NCBI GenBank assembly: GCA_028686075.1
Contig: JAQUCT010000001.1
Location: forward strand, 9,953 to 73,952
Length of the DNA stretch: 64,000 nucleotides
DNA from: Bacillota bacterium
GTDB taxonomy: Bacteria > Bacillota > Clostridia > Ch29
Direction of reading: 5' to 3'
Part shown: positions 27,852 to 38,611 of the stretch, one piece after another
How the letters are laid out: each line of letters starts with the position of its first letter
Position numbering within the stretch: position 1 is the first letter of the stretch
The notes under the pieces: generated by a model
Databases searched by the model: none
Seen by the model: only the letters and a program-made list of their open reading frames with translations
What the model was told of the DNA's origin: nothing
Made by a program: the position numbers and the translations under genes

Positions 27852-29252
27852 TCAGCCGGCTATTTCCCTTGCCACTATTATTCCGGTCACCGATGCCTGC
27901 ATAAGGCCCCTTGTTATTCCCGCTCCGTCGCCTATGGTATACAAACCTTTAACAGCAGTCTGAAATCTGTTGTCAACCTCAACCTTGCTGCTGTAAAATT
28001 TGACTTCGCATCCGTAGAGCAGAGTGTTCCTCGAATAAAGATTGGGTGCCAACTTGTCAAAGGCCCGTAGTGCCTCCACGATGGATGTTAGATGCCGGTC
28101 TGGAAGTACAAAGCTTAAGTCCCCCGGAACGGCACTTTTTAGCGTAGGTACGGTGGTAGACTTCTTCAACCTGTCCGGGCTTGTTCTCCTGCCCTTTAGC
28201 AGGTCCCCCAGCCTTTGGACCATAATACCTCCGCCCGTCAACATGTTTGCAAGCTTTGCTATATATTTCCCGTATTCTATCGGCTGATTGAAGGGTTCGG
28301 TGAAGGTGGTGGATATAAGCAGAGCAAAGTTTGTATTGCCCGTCCGTAAACCTGGGTCTGAATAGCTGTGGCCGTTTACCACCACAAGCCCCTCCTCGTA
28401 ATGTTCCTCCGATACCATTCCGCCGGGATTCATACAAAATGTCCTGGCCTTGTTCTCAAAGGTGTCGGAATAGTAAATAAGCTTTGCCTCATAGAGGTCC
28501 CGGGTAAGATGGTCCATAACCGAATTGGGAACCTCCACCCTGACGCCTATATCCACGGCGTTGTTCCTTATGCCTATACCCAGCCTGACAGCCTGTTCCG
28601 AAAGCCAGAGAGATCCTCCTCTGCCCGGGGCCACCACCACATGGTTTGCCCCTATTTCCGTAACTTCGCCGTTTTTGTACCTTGCCCTTACCCCGGTTGC
28701 CTCACCGTCCGAAACAAGGACTTCCTCCACGGTTGTAAGGCCCCTAAACTCCACTCCCTTGTCTATCAGGTATTCATACATGGCCTTAAGCACATGGAAG
28801 GCTCTGTCGGTGCCAAGATGCCGAACCGGGCAGGGAACCAGTTTAATCCCATACCTTGACGCCTCATACACCAATTCCTCTATCCTTCTTTCATTAAGCC
28901 CGTATACCTCCGGCCCGGCACCAAACTTAAGATAAATATCATCGGCATATCCTATCAGTTCCTCCGCCTCCTCAGCGGATATATAATCGGTTATATTGCC
29001 GCCGACTTCCGGGCTCAGCGAAAGCTTACCGTCGCTGAAAGCTCCCGCCCCCGCCCAGCCGGTTATTATTGAGCAGGGGTCGCAGTTTACACATTTCCCT
29101 TCCCGGGCGGGACACTTTCTGCTGCTTATCTTCCTGCCCTTATCCAGCATAAGTATATCACAGTTCCCGTGCCCCGTAAGCTCCAAGGCGGTAAATATGC
29201 CGGCAGGCCCGGAACCTACAATTATTACATCATATTTATCCTTAAGTGCCAT
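27852..29252 (-). CDS. FAD-dependent oxidoreductase (uncharacterised FAD-dependent dehydrogenase family, COG2509-like)
   Basis: N-terminal dinucleotide-binding motif DVIIVGSGPAGIFTALEL, 466 aa, second GxGxxG-like region near the C-terminus (TIGDGAGITRG). Confidence 0.7.
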   Translation of the reverse strand: MALKDKYDVIIVGSGPAGIFTALELTGHGNCDILMLDKGRKISSRKCPAREGKCVNCDPCSIITGWAGAGAFSDGKLSLSPEVGGNITDYISAEEAEELIGYADDIYLKFGAGPEVYGLNERRIEELVYEASRYGIKLVPCPVRHLGTDRAFHVLKAMYEYLIDKGVEFRGLTTVEEVLVSDGEATGVRARYKNGEVTEIGANHVVVAPGRGGSLWLSEQAVRLGIGIRNNAVDIGVRVEVPNSVMDHLTRDLYEAKLIYYSDTFENKARTFCMNPGGMVSEEHYEEGLVVVNGHSYSDPGLRTGNTNFALLISTTFTEPFNQPIEYGKYIAKLANMLTGGGIMVQRLGDLLKGRRTSPDRLKKSTTVPTLKSAVPGDLSFVLPDRHLTSIVEALRAFDKLAPNLYSRNTLLYGCEVKFYSSKVEVDNRFQTAVKGLYTIGDGAGITRGLMQASVTGIIVAREIAG

Positions 29253-29268
29253 AGTAGCCCTCCTTACC

Positions 29269-29456
29269 TATATATAACGCATTAATAGTATTACATTCCC
29301 TTATATGTCATTCTGAGGGCGAAACCCAAAGAATCCTACTTTGTCGTTCTGAAGAAGCGAAGCCCGAAGAATCTTTCTTGAAATTTACATAAGGTCCTTC
29401 GCTTCGCTCAGCATGACAAAAAGGTCGCTCAGCATGACACGCAAGACGATATAAAG
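29269..29456. repeat. Intergenic repeat family 1, copy 2
   Basis: tatatataacgcattaatagtattacattcc...tgtcattctgagggcgaaacccaaagaatc...tgtcgttctgaagaagcgaagcccgaagaatc...tccttcgcttcgctcagcatgaca(x2)...gatataaag; same orientation as copies 1 and 3. Confidence 0.85.
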
Positions 29457-29560
29457 CCATAAATACGTTATATATATCATAATCCTAAGATATAGTACCA
29501 GAGTATATCCTTTCAGTCAAATTGTGAATGACGGTAAAATAAAACAGCCCTGAGGCTGTC

Positions 29561-29767
29561 CTATTTCTTTTCGAAGTATTCGTTTAGGTCCCGCAAAAGG
29601 TCGTCGGCGTTTATTCCGTGGACCGCACTGGCCTCCTCTATACTTTCCCCCGAAGAGGCAGGGCATCCGATACAGTGCATACCGTGCTTCATGAATATTG
29701 AAGCGGTACTCCTGTCCATCATAAGCACCTGGGCAATGGTCATATCATTGGTAACTTTTTTCGACAT
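29561..29767 (-). CDS. DUF1858 domain protein (hybrid-cluster-protein-associated redox disulfide family)
   Basis: 68 aa with CIGCPAS motif; RBS AAGGGAGGG upstream of ATG 29767; bracketed by two copies of repeat family 1. Confidence 0.7.
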   Translation of the reverse strand: MSKKVTNDMTIAQVLMMDRSTASIFMKHGMHCIGCPASSGESIEEASAVHGINADDLLRDLNEYFEKK

Positions 29768-29790
29768 TTTAGGTTCCCTCCCTTTAGTTA

Positions 29791-29959
29791 TTATATATAA
29801 TGCATTAATAATATTACATTACTTGTCATTATGACTTTTGTCTGTCATTCTGAGGGCGAAGCCCGAAGAATCCGACTTTGTCGTTCTGAACGTAGTGAAG
29901 AATCTTCTTGGATAGATCCTTCGCTTCGCTCAGGATGACATGCTAGAAGATGTAAAGTC
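29791..29959. repeat. Intergenic repeat family 1, copy 3
   Basis: ttatatataatgcattaataatattacatt...tgtcattctgagggcgaagcccgaagaatc...tgtcgttctgaacgtagtgaagaatc...tccttcgcttcgctcaggatgaca...tagaagatgtaaagtc. Confidence 0.85.
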
Positions 29960-30135
29960 TTTATCATGTTATATATAGCATTACCAATATTGTTAATATT
30001 AATATCCCTCAAAACCCTTTACAAACAAAAACCGACCATATATCACGGACTTTTGTTATCAACAGTAGGTGTATAGATATCCACATTTATCCACACTATC
30101 CACAGAGATATACACAAACACACATTCTTATTTCG

Positions 30136-31470
30136 CTATTCTTCCTTAAATTTCGCCATGTCCGCAAACTTTGTAAACTTGTCCAGCCATACCAGCTCCA
30201 CCATACCGGTAGGGCCGTTCCTCTGTTTTGCCAGCAATATTTCGGCGATACCTTTTTTTTCTGTATCGGGATTATAGTATTCATCTCTGTACAGGAACAT
30301 CACCACATCGGCGTCCTGCTCTATTGCCCCGGATTCCCTTAAGTCGGACAGCATTGGACGGTGCTCCGATCGCATTTCCGGTGCCCTGCTAAGCTGTGAC
30401 ATGGCCAGAACAGGGCAGTCCATCTCCCTGGCCAGGGCTTTAAGCGACCTGGATATTTCGGATATTTCCTGCTGTCTGCTTTCAGACCTACCGCTTCCCT
30501 GCATAAGCTGAAGGTAATCGATAAGCACCAGCTCCAGACCTCTCTCAAGCTTGAGCCTTCTGCACTTGGAACGCATCTCCGCCACCGTTATCCCCGGCGT
30601 ATCATCTATATAGATATTTGCCTCCGAAAGCCTGCTCACTGCAGCAGCAAGCTTGGGCCAGTCGTCGTCCCCGAGATTTCCCGTACGAAGCTTATGGCTG
30701 TCTATATTAGCCTCGGCACAAATCATACGGTTTACCAGCTGCTCCTTTGACATCTCAAGACTGAATATGGCCACCGAAACCTTGGCTTTCAGGGCTGCGT
30801 ACTGGGCAATATTAAGTGCAAAGGCGGTCTTTCCCATGGAAGGCCTTGCGGCCACCAGTACCAAATCACTTCTTTGCAACCCGGAGGTCTTACTGTCAAT
30901 GTCCATGAAACCGGTAGGAACCCCGGTGAGCCTGCCCTTGGTATTGTACAGTTCCTCTATCCTGTTAAAGCTGGAAACAAGTATATCCTTAAGTAGAATA
31001 AACCCCTTGGAGGTCCTCCTCTGGGAAATATCAAATATCCCCTTTTCTGCAAACTCTATTATATCCGCCGCTTCCTTCGCCGCTTCAAAACTCATATCGG
31101 ATATTTCTCCACAGGCTCTAATAAGCCTTCTCAATAAAGCCTTTTCCTGGATAATCCTGGCGTAATGGTCTACATTGGCTATGGTGGGGACGCTAGAGGA
31201 CAGATCGGTCAAAAAAGCCACACCTCCGACGGCTTCAAGGGTATCCCTCTGTCTAAGCTGCTCCGAAAGAGTTACAAGGTCAACCGGCTCACCCTTTTCA
31301 AAGAGCTCCACCACCGCCTCAAAGACTTCCCTGTGGCTGTCCTTGTAAAAATCCTCCGGCTTTATATGCTCGGAAACGGTTATTATTGCATCCCTGTCAA
31401 GCAGCATAGCACCTAAAACTGACTGCTCTGCTTCTATGCTGTGGGGAGGTATTTTTCCTATGGCCTTCAT
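30136..31470 (-). CDS. dnaB: Replicative DNA helicase DnaB (DnaC in Bacillus nomenclature)
   Basis: N-terminal domain (SIEAEQSVLGAMLLD), Walker A ARPSMGKT, RecA-like C-domain. ATG at 31470 (MKAIGK) is preceded by AGGTGGTGG; the ORF-track GTG start at 31482 lies inside that RBS. Confidence 0.9.
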   Translation of the reverse strand: MKAIGKIPPHSIEAEQSVLGAMLLDRDAIITVSEHIKPEDFYKDSHREVFEAVVELFEKGEPVDLVTLSEQLRQRDTLEAVGGVAFLTDLSSSVPTIANVDHYARIIQEKALLRRLIRACGEISDMSFEAAKEAADIIEFAEKGIFDISQRRTSKGFILLKDILVSSFNRIEELYNTKGRLTGVPTGFMDIDSKTSGLQRSDLVLVAARPSMGKTAFALNIAQYAALKAKVSVAIFSLEMSKEQLVNRMICAEANIDSHKLRTGNLGDDDWPKLAAAVSRLSEANIYIDDTPGITVAEMRSKCRRLKLERGLELVLIDYLQLMQGSGRSESRQQEISEISRSLKALAREMDCPVLAMSQLSRAPEMRSEHRPMLSDLRESGAIEQDADVVMFLYRDEYYNPDTEKKGIAEILLAKQRNGPTGMVELVWLDKFTKFADMAKFKEE

Positions 31471-31482
31471 ATTATCCACCAC

Positions 31483-33393
31483 CTAATTATCCGAAAAGAG
31501 TATTTCTAGCACCTCTTCCGCCCTTTTCACTGCATAAACCTCTATACCCGACAGGTCAGCAGGCACTTCTTTTGAGTTCTTAGCAGGAATTATTACCGCT
31601 GACATATCGTTTTGTTTTGCTCCATATATCTTTTCGATTATTCCCCCTACCGGTTTTACCTCTCCCTGTATGGAAATCTCTCCCGTCACCGCTATGTCCT
31701 GCCTTACGGGCCTTTGGGTAATGGCACTGGCAAGGGCGGTAAGAATCGCTATTCCTGCCGAGGGCCCGTCAACCCTTCCCCCTCCTATGCAGTTTACATG
31801 GACGTCATAATCGCTAACAAATTCACCGGATATTTTTCTTATTACCGCCGCCGCATTAAACACCGAATCCTTTGTCATGGAACCGGCGGTATCGTTAATC
31901 CTTATGGTTCCCTCTCCCTTTTTGAGTGCCGGAAAGGCTATCGCTTCTATCTCCAAGACCGAACCGATATATCCTGCCACTCCCAAGGCCAGTACCCTGC
32001 CGATTCTTGAGTGAATCTTATCGGTAAGCCTGACACAGGGAGCAAGCCGGCTGTTCTGTATAACGGTGTATACGTCACTGCAACTTATACGCACCTCTTC
32101 AGGGGCACAATCCGCACTTGTAATTGCTATATTATACGCATCCGCCAAAATATTGACAGCTTTCCGCCCTTCTATTGTATACTGACTTATAATCTCTGCG
32201 CAACCCTTTTCAATTTGTACCCCCAGTTTATCAATTGCATTATTTATTATTATTACAATATCCGCAGGGGTTAAAGGGTCGAAGAATACCTCGGTACATC
32301 TTGAGCGGAACGCCGGGTTTATACTTTCCGGCTGTCGGGTGGTGGCCCCTATCAGTATGAAATCCGCCGGTGCTCCCTCTTCAAAGAGCTTTTGTATATA
32401 AAGGGGAATATTTTTGTTGGAATCATCGTAGTATATGGATTCGAAACTAATCCTTTTGTCCTCCAACACCTTCAGAAGTTTGTTCTGCAGTACCGGGTCC
32501 ATCTCACCTATTTCGTCTATAAACAGTATCCCTCCGTGGGCCTGGGTCACAAGCCCTGTCTTAGGCTCGGGAATACCCGTCTCGGACAGCTCCTTGTTGC
32601 TTCCCTGGTATATGGGGTCGTGTACTGACCCAAGAAGGGGATTTGCTATTTCCCTTGTATCCCACCTCAGAGTGGTTCCGTCCACCTCGATAAAGCTGGA
32701 ATCCCCGGTAAAGGGGGAATGCTTCTTGGTCTTTGCCACCTTCAGCGCCAGCCGTGCTACGGAGGTCTTCCCCACTCCCGGGGGGCCATAGAGCAGTACA
32801 TGCTGGGGATAGGGAGAACCAATCTTTGCCATAAGTGCCTTTATGGCCCTCTGCTGGCCAACTATCTCGTCAACGGTCGAAGGCCTGAGCACCTCCATTA
32901 TGGACTTGCCCAGGCTTCTTCGCTCCAGTTCCTGCAGACTGGCGTATTTTTTGAGCGTGGTTGGATTCTCCGGCCCCGAGTGTTTTTTCAGAATGGCCAG
33001 TTTAAGTTCCTGCATGTATTGGTCCTGTCGCTGCTGAATCCTGTCCTGGAGTTCCTTGTTTATCCTTTCCTTTACCACCCTTTGGGCCAGCATATCGATA
33101 ATTCTGGTACGCAACTCCTTAACCGCAACAAGACAGTCCTCCGGCTGGGGAGGTTTAGCTTCCGGGCCAAGGGCAATTCTCTGTAAAGCATGTATTTTCA
33201 GAACCACATCGTTCCCCTGTAATGTCTCCTCAAGCCTGAATTCCCTGACTTTTTCGTTGTAGGCCTTTACCCCCATACTGTCAATAAGCATTTCTCCAAG
33301 GACCGATACCTGTCTTTCCAGCATCCTTTTATCCGGTTTATGCTCAGAACCGACTGACTTGGCTATGTATTTTTCTGCGTTTCCCTCCAACAT
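31483..33393 (-). CDS. Lon-family ATP-dependent protease (AAA+ plus S16 protease domain; LonB/LonC-like)
   Basis: Walker A GPPGVGKTS, and a C-terminal Lon proteolytic domain with catalytic Ser context DGPSAGIA and a downstream Lys (KQND). Confidence 0.75.
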   Translation of the reverse strand: MLEGNAEKYIAKSVGSEHKPDKRMLERQVSVLGEMLIDSMGVKAYNEKVREFRLEETLQGNDVVLKIHALQRIALGPEAKPPQPEDCLVAVKELRTRIIDMLAQRVVKERINKELQDRIQQRQDQYMQELKLAILKKHSGPENPTTLKKYASLQELERRSLGKSIMEVLRPSTVDEIVGQQRAIKALMAKIGSPYPQHVLLYGPPGVGKTSVARLALKVAKTKKHSPFTGDSSFIEVDGTTLRWDTREIANPLLGSVHDPIYQGSNKELSETGIPEPKTGLVTQAHGGILFIDEIGEMDPVLQNKLLKVLEDKRISFESIYYDDSNKNIPLYIQKLFEEGAPADFILIGATTRQPESINPAFRSRCTEVFFDPLTPADIVIIINNAIDKLGVQIEKGCAEIISQYTIEGRKAVNILADAYNIAITSADCAPEEVRISCSDVYTVIQNSRLAPCVRLTDKIHSRIGRVLALGVAGYIGSVLEIEAIAFPALKKGEGTIRINDTAGSMTKDSVFNAAAVIRKISGEFVSDYDVHVNCIGGGRVDGPSAGIAILTALASAITQRPVRQDIAVTGEISIQGEVKPVGGIIEKIYGAKQNDMSAVIIPAKNSKEVPADLSGIEVYAVKRAEEVLEILFSDN

Positions 33394-33406
33394 GAACTCC
33401 CCTTTT

Positions 33407-33856
33407 CTATTCTTGCGCTATTATAACTTCCAGCATAGCTGATATCTCTGGATATACCTTTATTTCTACTTTGAATTCACCGGTGTTTTTAATGGGCTCA
33501 GGCAGTACAACTTTTTTCTTGTCCACCTTTATACCGTGCTGGGCTTTAAGCCCCTCAGCTATATCCTTCCCGGTCACCGAGCCGAAGAGCTTACCGTTTT
33601 CGCCGGCTTTGACCATAAGCTCCACCTTAAGGGACGATATCTTTTCCGCCCGTTCTTTAGCCATCGCCTCTTCGGTCTGCATTTTCTTACGCATCATTGC
33701 ATTTTGCTCACTTATCTTTTTTTTACCCTTTTCGGTGGCCATAACTGCGTATCCCTTAGGCAGCAGGAAGTTCCTGGCATACCCGTTGCTTACCTTTATC
33801 ACCTCCCCCTTTTTGCCCTGTCCCTTTACATCCTTAAGGAGTATAACTTCCATCAT
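33407..33856 (-). CDS. rplI: 50S ribosomal protein L9
   Basis: [32 protein letters not shown] is the canonical L9 N-domain. The start ATG overlaps the gdpP stop as ATGA. Confidence 0.9.
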   Translation of the reverse strand: MMEVILLKDVKGQGKKGEVIKVSNGYARNFLLPKGYAVMATEKGKKKISEQNAMMRKKMQTEEAMAKERAEKISSLKVELMVKAGENGKLFGSVTGKDIAEGLKAQHGIKVDKKKVVLPEPIKNTGEFKVEIKVYPEISAMLEVIIAQE

Positions 33857-35853
33857 ACATCACCTTCCTCTATATATTGGTTAAGAGCTTCCTCCAGCAT
33901 TACCCGGGCCTCTTCCACCTCCACCCCTGTAAGTTGAACCCCCGCCACCGTCATATGTCCTCCTCCGCCGAGGCTTTCCATAATAAGCTGAACGTTTATT
34001 TCTCCCAACGACCTGCCGCTTATAAATATGTTCTGGTTATATTTACAAAGTACAAAAGCGGCCTTTACACCCCGTATATCCAAAAGGGAATTGGCTGCCT
34101 GGGCGGTAACAAGAAGCGGACTTTCAATACCCTCGGGACATACGGATATGGCTATGGACCCGTGTACCATCCGTGCGTTTTTTACCGTTTCAGCCCTGGC
34201 CACAAAGGTATCCATATCATCCTGGAAGAGCTGTTTGACAGCTGTTGTGTCTGCCCCCATACGCCGCAGGAATGAGGCTGCCTCAAAGGTTTTTACCCCG
34301 GTTTTGTATGTAAAGTTTTTCGTGTCTATAATAATCCCGGCCAAAAGGGCTTCAGCCTCGATGGGTCGTATTCTTATTCCCTCGCTAATGTATTGAAGTA
34401 TCTCGGTGACCAACTCGCAGGTAGAGGAGGCATAGGTCTCCTGGTATACCAGGGCCGCATCCTCAATAAAGTCGGGGCTTCTCCTATGATGGTCAATCAC
34501 CACAACGTTGCCCGCCCTTGGCAACACCTCCGGGCACTCAGAAAATCCCGGCCTGTGGGTATCAACAATAATCAAAAGGGTCTCCCCATTCACAATGCTC
34601 TGGGCTTCCCTGCAGCCTATGAACAGGGACGAGTATTCTTCGTCCTCCATAATCCGGGAATATATTGTTTTTATTGACGGGTTAGTCCCGTTCATTATAA
34701 TCTTTGCATTTTTACCAAGGGATTTTATCCCCCTGTACATTCCTACCGCGGCACCGAGAGTATCGGGGTCCGCAAACCGGTGGGTCATAATGAGTACGCT
34801 GCCGCTCTGGAGTATTAGATGACGAAGGGCATGGGCAATTACCCGGGACTTAAGCTTTGTTTTCTTTTCCACTTCCCTGGTCTTACCACCGTAAAAATAC
34901 AGCCTGTCCTCCACCTTAACCACCGCCTGGTCGCCGCCCCTTCCCTGTGCCAAATCCATAGCAGCATTAGCAAACTGTATCAGCCGGGCCGGGTCTCCGC
35001 CATTGGTCCCTATCCCGATGCTTAAGGTCGGGGGTATAGGATTTCCAAGATTTATGTCCCTTATTTCATCCAGTATGGCAAATTTCTTCTGCTGCTGCCT
35101 TGTAAGCCATTCCTTCTCAAACACCAGTATGTATTTGCCGTCGTCATACTTTTGTATGGCTCCCTTTATATCCTCCGCCCATCTGTACAATCTCTTGTCT
35201 ATCTCCGACTCCAGCGACGAGATAATATCGGCGTCGATACCCGATATTATCTCGTCAAGGCTGTCCACCTGTATAAGGGCAATCACGGTACTCCTGCTTT
35301 TCATCTCTTGCTGGGCTTTCACACAATCGGTTATGTCCACAAAGTATATCATGCCGGTCTTCCTTTTGCGTCCTTTAACTCCTGATGTCTCTACTATATT
35401 ATAGATAACCCTGTAATGTCTATCTGCATTTGTTACCTGTATTTCCATGTCCTTTTTATGCTGCATTATCAAGTTAATATCAATATCCTTTATATGCTCT
35501 TTGATGCTGCTGCCCAGCAAGTCCTCTGCCTGTACCATTTCGGCAAACCGTGAATTATACCAGTTGATGCTGCCCTTTTCGTCCACCATTGCCATGGGTA
35601 GGGGCAGCCCTATAAGAGTACTGCTTATGGCGTTGTCTATGTCAAAGGACAGGTTTTCCACGTATTCGGTCAACTGCTCCTTTTGGCTGTGCATTACCGA
35701 GCGGCTGTAATAAACAAGATAAACCAACAGTAGGGCTCCTATAAATCCAAGGTATGCATTATAATAAGCCAAAGGAAGGACCAGCACAAGAACGCTCCAC
35801 AGGTATATGGCAGTATTCGGTTTTACCAGTTTAATAAAACTGATGCTTTTCAT
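33853..35853 (-). CDS. gdpP: Cyclic-di-AMP phosphodiesterase GdpP (YybT): 2 TM, PAS, degenerate GGDEF, DHH/DHHA1
   Basis: Two N-terminal TM helices, PAS-like region, degenerate GGDEF region, DHH motif (VVIDHHRRS) and DHHA1 with the GGGH motif ([11 protein letters not shown]). Confidence 0.85.
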   Translation of the reverse strand: MKSISFIKLVKPNTAIYLWSVLVLVLPLAYYNAYLGFIGALLLVYLVYYSRSVMHSQKEQLTEYVENLSFDIDNAISSTLIGLPLPMAMVDEKGSINWYNSRFAEMVQAEDLLGSSIKEHIKDIDINLIMQHKKDMEIQVTNADRHYRVIYNIVETSGVKGRKRKTGMIYFVDITDCVKAQQEMKSRSTVIALIQVDSLDEIISGIDADIISSLESEIDKRLYRWAEDIKGAIQKYDDGKYILVFEKEWLTRQQQKKFAILDEIRDINLGNPIPPTLSIGIGTNGGDPARLIQFANAAMDLAQGRGGDQAVVKVEDRLYFYGGKTREVEKKTKLKSRVIAHALRHLILQSGSVLIMTHRFADPDTLGAAVGMYRGIKSLGKNAKIIMNGTNPSIKTIYSRIMEDEEYSSLFIGCREAQSIVNGETLLIIVDTHRPGFSECPEVLPRAGNVVVIDHHRRSPDFIEDAALVYQETYASSTCELVTEILQYISEGIRIRPIEAEALLAGIIIDTKNFTYKTGVKTFEAASFLRRMGADTTAVKQLFQDDMDTFVARAETVKNARMVHGSIAISVCPEGIESPLLVTAQAANSLLDIRGVKAAFVLCKYNQNIFISGRSLGEINVQLIMESLGGGGHMTVAGVQLTGVEVEEARVMLEEALNQYIEEGDV

Positions 35854-35885
35854 CCTTTTACTCCTTAACCAGCCGCGGCCCGTAC

Positions 35886-36842
35886 TTAACTGCCGCCTTT
35901 TTGGGTAAATCTTTTCCTAAAATCAAACAAAACATCCAGAATCCCGGCGAACATAGCCGCCAGTGCCAGGGGCTGGTTGAACAGTATTAGTACTATAAGC
36001 AGTATCCTAAGAATTTTGTTTACACCCCGGCGCAGCAAAAAAAAGTATGCCACCGAAACGCCCTGGACCAGAAAAACCATTTGAAACAAAAGCAGTATAT
36101 TGCCCATTATCACGTCGATGTTTCCCAATCCGAGATAGCCGCCTGCTATGGACAGCACCATAAGCAGCAGGAACCCTACCGTCAGGTTGCCGGGAGCCCT
36201 CCATTCCGCAAAGGGCGGGAGCGCATCCAGTGTAAGGCCCAGCCTCTTAAGCACAATCCGGGCCACCGTATAGTTAAGATAGGAGTCCATTATCGCAACT
36301 ATTATCAGAAGAGCCGGCAGCGTAATCTTCAGCAGCTCAAAGGATGAAAACAGTGCCTCCCTCATTTCCTCCGGCACATCAAGGCCCATTCTGCCGTAAA
36401 AACCCATGGAAAGCTCCAACCCCTTCTCCATGGATTCAATCTGCACCTCCAGGGGGTTTACTCCCATAATCCGGGTTACGGCGTACATTAAAAGCAGCTT
36501 GGACAACAGTGATACAACTGAAGTTATGGTTAGTATCCTGCCCGCCCTGTAGTCTTTGTGTACACCGTAGCCTATGGATAGCCCCAGGGCACCATAGGAG
36601 AGTATTACGTAAGCTGCATATATGGGCTCCGAAATCATGCCGACAATAAGGCCGGAGGCTATTGTGGAATAGACCCCGTACCGTAGCCCGTACCTTTTGA
36701 CTATTACTATTACCGGGACCGGCCAAAGCAGTGAAGCAAGGGCCAAAACCGGAACAAACAAACCTACAATTGCTATTATTACCGCCAACGCCGTTGCCAA
36801 TGCGGTATTCGCCAGTGCCTTTACATTGCTATCCCTGTCCAT
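35886..36842 (-). CDS. yybS: YybS-like polytopic membrane protein (DUF2232)
   Basis: 318 aa, multiple TM helices; conserved position immediately upstream of gdpP. Confidence 0.7.
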   Translation of the reverse strand: MDRDSNVKALANTALATALAVIIAIVGLFVPVLALASLLWPVPVIVIVKRYGLRYGVYSTIASGLIVGMISEPIYAAYVILSYGALGLSIGYGVHKDYRAGRILTITSVVSLLSKLLLMYAVTRIMGVNPLEVQIESMEKGLELSMGFYGRMGLDVPEEMREALFSSFELLKITLPALLIIVAIMDSYLNYTVARIVLKRLGLTLDALPPFAEWRAPGNLTVGFLLLMVLSIAGGYLGLGNIDVIMGNILLLFQMVFLVQGVSVAYFFLLRRGVNKILRILLIVLILFNQPLALAAMFAGILDVLFDFRKRFTQKGGS

Positions 36843-36845
36843 CCG

Positions 36846-37178
36846 TCATACCTGCCTTCTGTTTCTATTCAAATAACCCGCCAACTCTGACAGGTCTTTG
36901 TACCTTTTCTCCACTTCGTGGTCCTCGGTGATTCCCAGTTTAATCTTGTTTTGTATCTTCAGGTCGATCGCGGCATAGGTCATTCCCAGTCTCCGTGCAA
37001 GCAGGTAAGCCACCAGTATTATATTGGCTATAACATCCGATACGGCCTCCTGATTCTCCCTGCCATCCCTGTGCATAAGCTGGTAAAAGGACGCCACCCC
37101 CGACAGCATTTCACATTTCAGCCACTCAACCAACCCCATGTCCCTGATTACTTCCATCTTATCCTCAGTAGACGCCAT
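36846..37178 (-). CDS. MazG-like nucleotide pyrophosphohydrolase domain protein
   Basis: About 110 aa from ATG 37178 (MASTEDKMEV..., strong RBS GGGGGAG) with an EExxE-type MazG helix (LVEWLKCEM...); the ORF-track GTG start at 37232 lacks an RBS. Confidence 0.5.
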   Translation of the reverse strand: MASTEDKMEVIRDMGLVEWLKCEMLSGVASFYQLMHRDGRENQEAVSDVIANIILVAYLLARRLGMTYAAIDLKIQNKIKLGITEDHEVEKRYKDLSELAGYLNRNRRQV

Positions 37179-37327
37179 CCCCTGCTCCCCCCTTAAACTC
37201 CATTGCGACGAAAACATTTTTAGTCCTACCACAATATTATAACTCTTTTTAACTAAACAATTTGTAAAAATATAGTCTCAATTCCATTTGTTTAGTCAGA
37301 GTAATAAAAAGAGAGCATATAGCTCTC

Positions 37328-37555
37328 TTAGTCGGCCGTAAAGGGCAGGAGCGCAATGTTCCTGGCTCTTTTTATTGCTATAGTAAGCTGCCTTTGGTGT
37401 CTGGCACAGTTCCCGCTTATCCTCCTGGGAATTATCTTTCCCCTTTCGGTAATGTACTTTCGGAGCTTACTTACATCTTTATAATCAATTTTGTCGATGC
37501 CGTCAATACAAAAATTGCACACCCGCTTTTTGCCTTTTCGGGTTTTGCGTTTCAC
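37328..37555 (-). CDS. rpsR: 30S ribosomal protein S18
   Basis: 75 aa, conserved S18 motif ([36 protein letters not shown]). Confidence 0.92.
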   Translation of the reverse strand: MKRKTRKGKKRVCNFCIDGIDKIDYKDVSKLRKYITERGKIIPRRISGNCARHQRQLTIAIKRARNIALLPFTAD

Positions 37556-37572
37556 TAATATCCCTCCCTTTG

Positions 37573-37998
37573 CTAGAACGGCAGGTCCGAATCCTCTTCT
37601 ATAGGATAGAAGTCATCGTCGGAACCGTCCTTATCCCTATTGTATTCCTTGGATTCTCCGGCTCCACCGGTACCGGGCGCTTTATCGAGGAAAACAACCT
37701 CGTCCGCCACCACTTCGGTAATGGACCTTCTTTGACCACTGTCGTCCTCCCAGCTTCTTGTCTGTATCCTGCCCGTTACCCCTGCCAGTCTGCCCTTTCC
37801 GAGGTAAGTAGCGCACAACTCGGCCAGCTTTCTCCAGGTAACGATACGAATAAAATCCGTTTCCCTCTCGCCCTGCCTATTTTTATAGTTCCTACCCACG
37901 GCCAGCGTGAAGGTTGCTACCTGGGTACCGGTCCCCGGTGTAACACGCAATTCAGGGTCCCTTGTGAGTCTTCCCACAAGACATACTTTGTTCATCAT
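37573..37998 (-). CDS. ssb: Single-stranded DNA-binding protein
   Basis: OB-fold N-terminus [19 protein letters not shown], acidic C-terminal tail [15 protein letters not shown]; ATG 37998 with RBS AGGGTGGTGA. Confidence 0.92.
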   Translation of the reverse strand: MMNKVCLVGRLTRDPELRVTPGTGTQVATFTLAVGRNYKNRQGERETDFIRIVTWRKLAELCATYLGKGRLAGVTGRIQTRSWEDDSGQRRSITEVVADEVVFLDKAPGTGGAGESKEYNRDKDGSDDDFYPIEEDSDLPF

Positions 37999-38016
37999 TT
38001 TATTCACCACCCTGAT

Positions 38017-38301
38017 TTATTCATCCTCATTAACAATAAGATGTCTTATAACGCTCTCGGTAATCCTGAAAACCCTGGTAAGCTCTCTGGGAATTTCGTT
38101 CCCAGCCGTAAAGTTCATCTTTACGTAATAGCCTTCATTTTTCTTGTTGATTTCATAGGCAAGCTTCCTGGTACCCCATTCGTCAACAGCCTCTATTTCG
38201 CCGTCCTGCTGAACAATACCCTTAATCCTTTCGATAAAGGATTTCCTTGTCTCCTCTTCAAGCTCCGGGTCAAGAATGAAAAGCAATTCATATTTACTCA
38301 T
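38017..38301 (-). CDS. rpsF: 30S ribosomal protein S6
   Basis: MSKYELLFILDPELEEE... is the canonical S6 N-terminus; rpsF-ssb-rpsR operon order. Confidence 0.92.
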   Translation of the reverse strand: MSKYELLFILDPELEEETRKSFIERIKGIVQQDGEIEAVDEWGTRKLAYEINKKNEGYYVKMNFTAGNEIPRELTRVFRITESVIRHLIVNEDE

Positions 38302-38396
38302 CTGTTCACCTCCTTTTGGACTAACGGCCCTACAAACGGTAGAGCAAGGATGTACTATAGTATTCTACCACAGCGCATTTTTCAATGCAACAATAT

Positions 38397-38597
38397 TTAC
38401 CTTTCATCGGTGTCGGCTTTCAAGACCCTTTTGACCCTTTTTTCAAAAATCTCCCGGGGCATTAGAACCTGTCTTCCGCATTTTTGACATTTAATCCTTA
38501 TATCCATCCCGGTTCTTACCACCTCCCACAGGTCGTTCCCGCAGGGGTGCTTCTTTTTCATTTGGGCAACGTCTCCCAGTTCAATCCTAAGAGGCAT
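38397..38597 (-). CDS. DUF951 family small protein (YyzM-like)
   Basis: 66 aa with a CxxxxxW...CxxCGR zinc-ribbon-like pattern; conserved neighbour of rpsF in Firmicutes. Confidence 0.6.
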   Translation of the reverse strand: MPLRIELGDVAQMKKKHPCGNDLWEVVRTGMDIRIKCQKCGRQVLMPREIFEKRVKRVLKADTDER

Positions 38598-38611
38598 AGG
38601 TCCTCTCCCTC

